Shown here piece after piece: positions 36,641 through 47,200 of a DNA stretch of 64,000 nt. Position numbers and translations under genes: made by a program. The stretch spans positions 124,001 through 188,000 of the forward strand of contig NIVC01000059.1 in the NCBI GenBank assembly GCA_002269645.1. Direction: 5' to 3'. This DNA comes from Macrostomum lignano (Eukaryota). The notes under the pieces are model-generated. The model saw nothing but the letters and a program-made list of their open reading frames with translations. It searched no databases and was not told the DNA's origin. Within the stretch, counting starts at the first letter, position 1. Every line of letters begins with the position of its first letter.

Positions 36641-36990
36641 TTTGGGGATGCTTGCTATCTGGGGGATGCTTGCTATCTGGGGGATGCTTGCTATCTGGGG
36701 GATGCTTGCTATCTGGGGATGCTTGCTATCTGGGGGATGCTTGCTATCTGGGGGATGCTTGCTATCTGGGGGATGCTTGCTATCTGGGGGATGCTTGCTA
36801 TCTGGGGGATGCTTGCTATCTGGGGGATGCTTGCTATCTGGGGGATGCTTGCTATCTGGGGGATGCTTGCTATCTGGGGGATGCTTGCTATCTGGGGATG
36901 CTTGCTATCTGGGCGATGCTTGCTATCTGGGGGATGCTTGCTATCTGGGGGATCTATCTGGGGATGCTTGCTATCTGGGGATGCTTGCTA
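36641..36990. repeat. 18-bp minisatellite
   Basis: (CTGGGGGATGCTTGCTAT)n with 17-bp variants. Confidence 0.95.
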
Positions 36991-37763
36991 TCTCGGTGGG
37001 GGGGTGGGTGGGCGATGCTTGCCGTCTAGGGAATGCTTTCTACTTAGGGGGAACGCCTATTATCTTTGTGAAGGCTTTATTTTGTTGTGTACTTTTATTA
37101 CTTTTAGACAAGAGATTCATAGCAGACATCTTTGTCCATGACAATTTTACTCAAATATAAGGTGATTTATAAACCGAAGAAAGAATCGCGGTTTTCAAGA
37201 AAATGTGCTTCTTTAATGGATTTGCATGAATAACTGTTCGGCGCCCCGAAGGGGGGCACTAGATTGCTAGTTTATCCTAGGAATCTTCTGCCATGCTATC
37301 CCATATCCCACAGATTTTTTTTCTACAAGTTCAGCATTATCCCTGGCAGAACGCTTTTGGCGACATTGACCCACAACCAGCGGTTGAGTCAATTCTGGCC
37401 ATTCACATGCTCACACAGGGTGTACATCGGCCCTGACTTTCCAATCGTCAGGCATGTGCACTCTCGATGCTTTTGGGTGGTATATCAGCGCGACAGCTAC
37501 TGACGCTAGCGCAAAGTCTCCAACGCTAACTGCATCACGGGTTAAAAGATCGAAAAGTCCCATCACAGAAGATTCCGTCTGTGGTCGCCACTTTTGAGAG
37601 TGCAGGTAGGCAAAGTCTCTCAATCTTTGCGAGTGACGCAACTCTGCAGCTACCCGCGGCACAATGAGTTGAGGATCGAATGAAGTGGGGGGAGCGGAAT
37701 GCGAGGGTTGAACGTATTAAAGCTACTCCAATCAGTTTTCTTGTATCTTTTATTTCAGAATAG

Positions 37764-38659
37764 TGTAGTGATCCGCTAGTTTGGTGTTCGGCGTCGCATT
37801 ATTGTCAGCAGCTTCCTTCGCCCTCGCCCTCGCCCTGGGTTGCTGTCTGCCGCTGGGCAGCCTCCCTCCCCTTTTGCTGCCTGTTCTCTGGCGCCCCCCT
37901 CTTCTCTGCGCTCTTGCTTGCAGCCACGAGCTTCTCTGCTGTGGCCTGCTCTGCGTTTCGTTCCTGTCCTGAGGTCAAACTGGTGGCCTGTTTCCCTTGT
38001 CATGTGAGCAAGTCACCTGACAAGTCTTGTTTTCTCAAAGTCCTAAAGTGCAGTAAACATGTTTACTGTACTTATTGGCCCGTGTTTACAGGAGGAATCA
38101 CGTGCTTCGGGGCCCTTGCCTTCTCTAAGGTAATAGGTGACTCATGTTTCTAAAAATAGATACTGAGTCATGCGGCCCTGTGCACTTTACCCGCAGACCC
38201 TGCCTTCTCTAAGGCAGAGAGTGACGTCAGTTCTAAAAATAGACCAGAGTCACGAGGTCCGGCGCACAATGGTGCAGCGGGGATTTCCTGCCTATAAATA
38301 CGTGCCCCTCACCCTTGGTTCAGTCAGGGATTTGTCCAGACGCCCAAGACGTCCAAGCCTAAGGGAGGCTAGAACTGCCTTCCCAGCCACCCCCTGAGCC
38401 CGGCGGGATCTGCTGACCAGGACGCCTTGTTCATTCATCTGCAAATCTGCACGCTGTTCTGAGTTCGTTGACTCGTTTATTTCGTTCCGACGGGAAGCTC
38501 ACCTCACCGAAGGCCGAGACCTGAAGGAACTGGTGGCAGCACTACCTACGCTACTAAGAGCTAATAGAAGGCTTCCGGTTGAGAAGACGGAGAGCCCAAA
38601 TCACTGTGCTAGACAGCAGGAGAAGCACAGTTACAACATTGGTGGGAGAGGTGGGATTC
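37764..38659 (+). mobile_element. LTR (TG...CA, about 875 bp) followed by a tRNA-Leu primer-binding site; internal region truncated
   Basis: Starts TGTAGTG at 37764 and ends TTACAACA at 38638. TATA-like CCTATAAATA near 38290. TGGTGGGAGAGGTGGGATTC at 38640 matches the complement of the tRNA-Leu 3' end (TGGTGGCAGCGGTGGGATTC, recalled) at 18/20. The left junction coincides with the point where homology to the 1.9-2.1 kb repeat copy breaks. Confidence 0.65.
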
Positions 38660-38779
38660 AAAGACCTACCAGGCCACCTCGAGACAACCCCGAGACGACC
38701 ATAAGTACTTCAATTGTCCAAGAGAAATTGCTCACTGGCGCATAGAGTGGCGCCTTTTCAATGTTGCTCAGTATAAATT

Positions 38780-38947
38780 GGACGTTGAAAAGTATCCACA
38801 CCCTGATCTAGTGAGACATAGATTTCTCTCCGATCGCAACTGGAAGTTACGTAACTGGCATCCTGCGCGGAACGGTATTATTCAATTGCACACTTATACT
38901 CGTAGTCCTATTCATCACTAGATCAGTGTGGATACTTTTCAATGTCC
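38780..38947. mobile_element. About 170-bp MITE with 33-bp TIRs
   Basis: GGACGTTGAAAAGTATCCACACCCTGATCTAGTGA versus TCACTAGATCAGTGTGGATACTTTTCAATGTCC; no TSD recognised. Confidence 0.7.
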
Positions 38948-39649
38948 GTGACTGTACATGTAGATGAAATGCTTGACTTCCTTGAGCAGGCACACACTCA
39001 CAAGGGAGTGTACAGCGGCCCTAAGTTCATTTAATGTTAGACATGTACACTTCCCTGTGCCCAGTCTGGCTTGTGGGTTGGCCCTCAAGGGCGATAATTG
39101 CACGAGCAGAGCCAAGCCGAGATTCTAATTTATGGCCCTAAATTACATATAATGCGACTGCACTTGGAATCGAGCCTGGGCCGCTGGGTTACGGCCTCTC
39201 CTGCCAACATCCGCTCTCAGATCAACAGCCTTTTTTGTGTGGCTGAAACTGTTGAAATATTTAGCTAGCTGCGTTCGTCATCTTTTATACTATGTCAATG
39301 CCCATAAGAAATATTAATTCCCAAAAAATTACGAGCTTTAGTGGTCAGTATTTCATCAGATTGACAATATGGGGGCAGAAATGAACTCCACTTGCAGTAC
39401 GAGATATTTAATAATTTATTGTATCCATGCTTCCATGAAAAAGGGACAAATTAAAATGAATCAACTATAGCAAGCACGTATCACGATAAGATTATTAAAA
39501 TTCACTTCGAAATCGGCATTAGTGAGACAAAAGTCAGTGGCGTGTCCAGAGGGGCCTGAGAGCGTCCACCACAAAAACTAAATGACTTGAGCTCGACGAA
39601 CGACAGGAGCTGCTGTCTCTTGAACGTGGCATCCACCGGTCTTCGAAAC

Positions 39650-40630
39650 AGGGGCGCCCCACCAAGAGATAGGGGGTGCCACACCAAGAGACAGCGGCGT
39701 CACATCAAGAGCAGCGGCGTCACATCAAGAGACAGGGGCGTCACACCAAGAGACAGCGGCGTCACATCAAGAGACAGGGGTGCTACACCAAGAGACAGCG
39801 GCGTCACATCAAGAGACAGGGGTGCTACACGAAGAGACAGGGGGTGCCACATCAAGAGACAGGGGCGTCACACCAATAGACAGGAGCGCCCACCAGAGAC
39901 AGGGGACTTGCCACACCAAGAGACAGGGGCGCTACACCAAGAGACAGGGGCGCTACACCTAGAGACAAGGGCGCCACACCAAGAGACAGGGGCGCTACAC
40001 CTAGAGACAGGGGCGCTACATCAAGAGACAGGAGAGCTAAATCAAGAGACAGGGGCGCCACACCAAGAGACAGGGGCGCCACACCAAGAGAACACTAAGA
40101 GACAGGGGCGCTAAACCTAGAGACAGGGGCGCTACATCAAGAGGCAGGGGCGCTACACCAAGAGACAGGGGCGCTACACCTAGAGACAGGGGCGCTACAT
40201 CAAGAGACAGGGGCGCTACATCAAGAGACAGGGGCGCTACACCAAGAGACAGGGGCGCCACACCAAGAGACAGGGGCGCCACAACAAGAGAACACCAAGA
40301 GACAGGGGCGCTACATCAAGAGGCAGGGGCGCTACAACAAGAGACAGGGGCGCTACAACAAGAGACAGGGGCGCCACACCAAGAGACAGGGGCGCCACAC
40401 CAAGAGAACACCAAGAGACAGGGGCGCTACATCAAGAGACAGGGGCGCTACATCAAGAGGCAGGGGCGCTACAACAAGAGACAGGGGCGCCACACCAAGA
40501 GAGCACCAAGAGGCAAGGGCGCTACACCAAGAGACAGGGGCGGCACACCAAGAGGCAGGGGCGCTACATCAAGAGACAGGGGCGCTACACCAAGAGACAG
40601 GGGCGCTACACCAAGAGACAGGGGCGGCCA
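39650..40630 (+). repeat. About 21-bp minisatellite, preceded by a hAT-like CAGTGGCGTGTCCAG end at 39535
   Basis: (ACCAAGAGACAGGGGCGCTAC)n. Confidence 0.9.
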
Positions 40631-41261
40631 CCAAGGCAGAAAATATTGGCGCCAAGACGCCCAGTATCTTGACGCAGCTATTTTAGTTCATACATATGAA
40701 TTTTTTAGTGTTAAGTGCAAAACTGCTCCGCTTCTCTAATTTGTAACGGCGCAGCTGTAACAAAATGAATGGCATGTATCGTGCATGCTTTCAGTGACGT
40801 ACTGGTTACAGCGACCGATGTGTAAAACCCTCTTGGGATTCACGCCATCTCTTTGCTACATAAGCAGCTGTAGTGTTGTATGTAGGGCTCCCTTTGTGGT
40901 TATCTAATCAGCTTACAAGATGGATTACCTGCTTCATAGATAAGCTAAATCTGAAATACGGATCTAAAGATTCTTTTGTGCTTGCATGCTTGTAGCAAGG
41001 ATGTCCATAGTCTCGTAGAATTGGGGTACTTTTATAACTTCGAAACTTTAACGTAGACTTGAGATTTCCTCACCGGTTAAAGCTCAATAATGTGTATTAC
41101 TTTCTCACAAGCGATGTGAGATTTTGAGCTTGTAAAAGCAATCTAAGTATACAGTGTACATAAGTACATTTAACAGGAATTTCAATTAGATAGGGTCGCA
41201 ACCCTAAGCTAGGAGCACCTACATGTATTATATTCGGTGTCTTGGTTGGGAGTTTGCACCT

Positions 41262-41585
41262 TTGTCTCTTGGTGTGGCATCCCCCGTCTCTTGGTGTGGC
41301 ATCCCCTGTCTCTTGGTGTGGCATCCCCCGTCTCTTGGTGGGGCACCCCTGTCTCTTGGTGGCGCACCCCTGTCTCTTGGTGGCGCACCCCTGTCTCTTG
41401 GTGTGGCACCCCTGTCTCTTGGTGGCGCACCCCCGTCTCTTGATGTGGCGCCCCTGTCTCTTGGTGGCGCACCCCTGTCTCTTGGTGGCGCACCCGTCTC
41501 TTGGTGGGGCACCCCTGTCTCTTGGTGGCGCACCCGTCTCTTGGTGGGGCACCCCTGTCTCTTGGTGGGGCACCCCTGTCTCTTA
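41262..41585 (-). repeat. Inverted copy of the 39650-40630 minisatellite
   Basis: (CCCCTGTCTCTTGGTGGCGCA)n is the reverse complement of the upstream unit. Confidence 0.9.
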
Positions 41586-41793
41586 TAAGTCTCTCATAAA
41601 GAAGCGGTAAAAGCCGAGCCTCTTACATGTAGCTTTAATTTTCGGACGAGGGCGGTTACTTTTTTTTGAGGCACTGTTTTTGTGAAGGCGTTTTTTAGGG
41701 AGTTCGCTCAGTGACCTCTTCCTCTGCGTACACCAACCGGGCGATAGCTACGTAGACTCCTAAATTTCGATGAACTTTTAAAACTTTTCTGCA

Positions 41794-42002
41794 GGCAATG
41801 GCTAGAGTTCCGGCACCGGAACCCATTTTCTAACGGCTACGGATCCGGCAATGCCATTATAATATAGATGGAACATTATATGCTTCTAATATTCAGACTT
41901 CTTAAGATATGTTCTTAGCAGTCTTTATATGCCTCTATACGGCACTGCCGGATCCCTAGCTGTTAGAAAACGGGTTCCGGTGCCGGAACTCTAGCCATTG
42001 CC
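41794..42002. mobile_element. 209-bp MITE with about 60-bp TIRs and a 9-bp TSD (Mutator- or Merlin-type)
   Basis: TIR GGCAATGGCTAGAGTTCCGGCACCGGAACCC... and its near-perfect reverse complement; TTTTCTGCA at both 41785-41793 and 42003-42011. Confidence 0.9.
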
Positions 42003-43559
42003 TTTTCTGCAACTTTGACTGCTTGTCAATTCTCCGGAAGCATATCTAAAAGTGCCAGCTGGACCGGACAGCCATAGCTGTATAAAAATTCACAGCAAAC
42101 TACGAATTACTTGAACTGAATTCAGTCTAAATTACAGTGTTCGCATCGGCATTCATATTGACATCGTTAGCACATCGTTAGCTGGTTGACTGTTCTAATT
42201 TGAAATTTTTACAAAGTGCTCAAACTTTGATAGCACTGATGCCACAGCCACGTAAGAAGAATCACTGCCACGCTGACACGTCAGACTGCCGTCGATCAAT
42301 TTGAATGAAGAATAAACCAAATCGGACGCAAAAGTTATAACTGCATCAAGAGCAGCACAGCTACGCTCACCTGCGCAGCCTATCAACCGCTCCAAACCTG
42401 CTCAAATAGATAACAAGTGGAAAATTTCAAGCAAAAAATCCTGCACTTCATTCCTATTTGCTAAAGTAAGAGGCTACGCTGGATAGAGATAACGCAGGAT
42501 TAAGCTACTAGTATTATAAAACCTTATCATGGCAATAACGCCTTATACTGGAGAGACTGGGTATAAGGACAAGATGAAAGGTTGGGTGAGAGAAGAGATG
42601 AGAACCACTGATTTTTGCTACGTGAAGTTTTAAAGGACCCCGAAGGCCGGGGTTTGCCGACCCCTGCTTCACATAGTTAATAATATCACGAATGGGGTAG
42701 CTTCCATTCATGTATCTTTTGCAAGAAAAAACATATTTATTATTTTTCAACGGCTCATCACGTCATTCGCCTTTTGAGGCCCAATCAGATAGCAATCAAG
42801 CGAATCCCATTGGGAATCGCTAGAGGCAATATGAAACAAGACGTGGCACAAGATGTTGATCTGATTTGTGGCAAGCGTACCGCGTCAACACGCCAGTGTG
42901 TTAAACAGATTCTAAAGATGTTGACGATTATTCCTTGTGACACTCGGGCTGTCATTTGAGCGAAAGGCGTGGAGAGCGGGCGAGTCCAGCAAAATCACGT
43001 AGCGTCCATCGGATACTAAATTTCTAATCAGATTAGTAGGTTAGATTGAGCTGACAAAATTTTATACTTTCGCTTAGCTACCGCCTATGAGTTTCTTAAA
43101 TCCGTAGGACAACAATTGTTTTTAATAATTTGTATCAGACACGAAAACGGAAAACAGATTAAATTTAGTCTCGTCATACACACTTTGTAGTGTATTTTAT
43201 GCTTTTGGTACTAGCGGAGTATGTACATTAATCCACGGCATCTAATAGTCATTCAGACAGCTACAGAGGCGACAAAAGCAAAAAGGGTCAAAGAGAAAAG
43301 GAAATGCGGCTGGATACTTCAAACAAGAATTGAGTTAATCAACTTGAATCGAGGGGTTTTTTGACCAAATATGGACCAAAGATAATGGCTACTTTGATTG
43401 ACTATTACTCGTATTTATGAAAAAACACTAGCGCATCAGCTCACGGCAGTAAAACAGAGGGGTAGGTAGGAACTAGCGAGCCCGATAATAAGATTAAACT
43501 GCCTTACCCAAATCCAGCGGGGCAGTGATCTAGGGGGGGGGGTGGTGGTAAGGGATAGG

Positions 43560-43995
43560 CTATAAAATATAATTGTTTTACCCAACTCCAGCGGGGCAGT
43601 GATATAGGGAGGGGTTGGGAGTAATGGATAGGCCATAAAATTTAATTTCCTTACCCAGCCCAGGCTCCAGAGAGGCAGTGACACAGGTTGGGGGTAATGG
43701 ATAGGCCATAAAATTTAATTTCCTTACCCAGCCCAGGCTCCAGAGAGGCAGTGATATAGGGAGGGATTGGGGTGTAAGGGATAGGCCATAAAATTAATTT
43801 CCTTACCCAGCCCAGGCTCCAGAGGGGCAGTGATATAGGGAGGGATTGGGGTGTAAGGGATAGGCCATAAAATTAATTTCCTTACCCAGCCCAGGCTCCA
43901 GAGGGGCAGTGATATAGGGAGGGATTGGGGTGTAAGGGATAGGCCATAAAATTAATTTCCTTACCCAGCCCAGGCTCCAGAGGGGCAGTGATATA
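43560..43995. repeat. 79-bp tandem repeat downstream of PAXBP1
   Basis: ATAGGCCATA recurs at 43781 and 43860; about 5-6 copies. Confidence 0.9.
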
Positions 43996-44217
43996 GGGAG
44001 GCGTTTGGAGTAAGGCTATTAAATTAATTGCATCGCCAAGTGAGTATGGATTACACTCTTCAGCAAAGCCGACACAATAAGGCTGATATTAAAGCAGCGC
44101 CATCTTATCGCCAATACTTATAGCAGTCACAAAAGAGCGAAAAAAGTGCTTGCATGTGCTGCTAATTAGGCTGACCAAAGATTTAAATATGAAGTAACAA
44201 CTGTTTAAGCAATATAG

Positions 44218-47200
44218 TCACTGGCTGACCCAGTAGAGGCTAGACAGTTTTTGTAGCGCCAATCGAGAGGCCAGCGAAAGACCACCACTACCACCGCTAC
44301 CGCTGACTAAGCCACCGCCAAGGCCGAATGCCGTTGAAGATGCCGACGCCGGTGCTGGAGAATTATTTGCCGATGCAATGATTCTTTTAACAAGCTCGGC
44401 GAACGGTTTCGGCAGCTGGAAGCCGGCAGGCAGAGCGCTGAGGATGGCGTCTAGACGGGAGACCAGGCGATCGGTGACTGGCAGATTGCCAAGGCCTACT
44501 AGAATATAGCGGCTTAGCAGACAGTCAGCGCTGAGCTTGTGCAGCGTAGTAGGGCTCAGCAGTTCGGAGAAGCGCAAGACATTGGTGAACAGTTTGATAG
44601 CCTGGGGGCAGGATTGGAGTTCGCTTCAGCTACATTCATGGGCTATCTATAACTTTGATCACATAGCAAATTAGTAATTTTCAACCCAATAAACAAACCA
44701 GAAGTGGGAAATTATCAACCCAATAAACAAACCGGAAGTGGGCAATTATCAACCCAATAAACAAACCGGAAGTGGGTAATTATCAACCCAATAAACAAAC
44801 CGGAAGTGAATAATTATCAACCCAATAAACAAACCAGAAGTGGGCAATTATCAACCCAATAAACAAACCAGAAGTGGGCAATTATCAACCCAATAAACAA
44901 ACCAGAAGTGGGCAATTATCAACCCAATAAACAAACCGGAAGTAGTAAATTATCAACTTGAAAATTGGTGCAAATGTATATTTTAGCCCCTGAACAGCTC
45001 ACCTGAACCAGCTGCCTATTGTAGAAGGTTGACTCGGCCGGCTTAGGCATCATCAGAGGTATAAAAGGCTCCTTGGCAACAAACTCGGATAGTCGGTCGT
45101 GCACGGCAAGACACAGTCGCTGAGTTCGCGCTGATCCGGCATGAAAAGTTGGAAACTCGCGAGCCAGAGAGGCGAGCAGTGAGCTGAGACGCTTGCTTTC
45201 GCTGCTGGACATCGGGTCCCAGATCTGAGTAGATTTGCGACACAGTCTGTACAGTTTGTCTCCATCAATACTACTCAGTGATTAGTAGGCAGTTAAAACT
45301 AAAAGCAACCAACAATCCAATCAACGAAACAGCCAACAACCCCATCAACAAAGCAGCCAACAAGCCCATCAACAAAGCAGCCAACAAACCCATCAGCAAA
45401 GCAGCCAACAAACCCATCAACAAAGCAGCCAACAAGCCCATCAACAAAGCAGCCAACAACCCCATCAACAAAGCAGCCAACAAACCCATCAGCAAAGCAG
45501 CCAACAAACCCATCAACAAAGCAGCCAACAAGCCCATCAACAAAGCAGCCAACAACCCCATCAACAAAGCAGCCAACAACCCCATCAACAAAGCAGCCAA
45601 CAACCCCATCAGCAAAGCAGCCAACAACCCCATCAGCAAAGCAGCCAACAACCCCATCAACAAAGCAGCCAACAACCCCATCAGCAAAGCAGCCAACAAC
45701 CCCATCAACAAAGCAGCCAACAAGCCCATCAACAAAGCAGCCAACAACCCCATCAACAAAGCAGCCAACAACCCCATCAGCAAAGCAGCCAACAACCCCA
45801 TCAGCAAAGCAGCCAACAACCCCATCAACAAAGCAGCCAACAACCCCATCAACAAAGCAGCCAACAACCCCATCAGCAAAGCAGCCAACAACCCCATCAG
45901 CAAAGCAGCCAACAACCCCATCAACAAAGCAGCCAACAACCCCATCAACAAAGCAGCCAACAACCCCATCAACAAAGCAGCCAACAACCCCATCAACAAA
46001 GCAGCCAACAAGCCCATCAGCAAAGCAGCCAACAACCCCATCAGCAAAGCAGCCAACAAATCCATCAACAAAGCAGCCAACAACCCAATAAAAAACTAGA
46101 GTCACCCCCTACCTGTTCAACAATGTCGATAAGCCTGGGCAGTAGGACGAGTTCCACTAGACCCGGTACGACCTTGACCTCATCCGGGTGGCTATCGAGG
46201 TCAAGGTAGTCCAGCACGTGACCTAGCCAGGCTCGCCGATTGAGCTCAACACAGTCGGGCGTCAGCGGATTATAAAGCAGCATTTCAACGCGCACCAGAG
46301 GCGACAGAAGCCGCGCCATACAGGCTGGAAACCTGGCTCGCTCGTACAGATCCGGTTGAGAGGAGCGGAACTCCGATAGACGGCTGAGCAGCGACTCGAG
46401 TGTGCAAAATTCTGGCAGAACGTCGGAGAACAGCTGCGACTCTTGCACGTGGCGCACCTGAGGAACAGGTTGATGAGTGTTTGAGTCATCTAGTTAATCA
46501 AATAAAGCATAATTATAAGCCAGCAACCGAGACGCCAACCTGATCAATAGCGGATTCCCGACCCATTCGCTCCGCCGACGTCTCCTCATCGTCGGTGCTC
46601 TCGCCGCTGTCGTGCGCCGCGTCGGTGCCGTTAAGTTCGCGTTGTCTTCGCCGGCGAGTGCGCCGGGCTTCGCGTTCAGCCACTCGGCGAATGAGCGCCT
46701 CGTCCTCTGGCGGGTGGGATTGGGAAGCATTGGGGAGAGTGAGGCATTTTAAAGTGCATCAAATGTCGGTTCTCGAGGACATTGAAGGGCGATTCTTGAG
46801 GACATTGAAGGGCGATTCTTTCATCTTGCGGACATTACATTAAAAGTCGATTCTTATTCTTGGGGACAGGAAGGGCAATTCTTGGGGACAGGAAGGGCAA
46901 TTCTTGGGGACATTGAAGGGCAATTCTTGAGGACATTGAAGGGCAATTCTTCGGGACATCGAAGGGCAATTCTTGGGGACATTGAAGGGCGATTCTTGAG
47001 GACGTCGAAGGGCAATTCTTGGGGACATTGAAGGGCAATTCTTGGGGACATTGAAGGGCGATTTTTTGAAGACAATGAAGGGCGATTCCTGAAGACATTG
47101 AAGGGCGATTCTTGAGAACAATGAAGGGCGATTCTTGAGAACACCGAAGGGCGATTCTCGAGGACATTGAAGGGCGATTCTCAAGAGGTGTTAAGAGGGC

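Noticed and set aside
37290-37662. Possible LINE RT remnant on the minus strand (PDDWKV...; NVAKSVLPGIMLNL)
   Set aside because: Only weak motif similarity and no catalytic motif; not supportable without a search.
45271-46105. Three ORFs of about 270 aa (AANNPINK / LLAALLMG / VVGCFVDG repeats)
   Set aside because: They come from a 24-bp array inside a PAXBP1 intron bounded by good splice sites.
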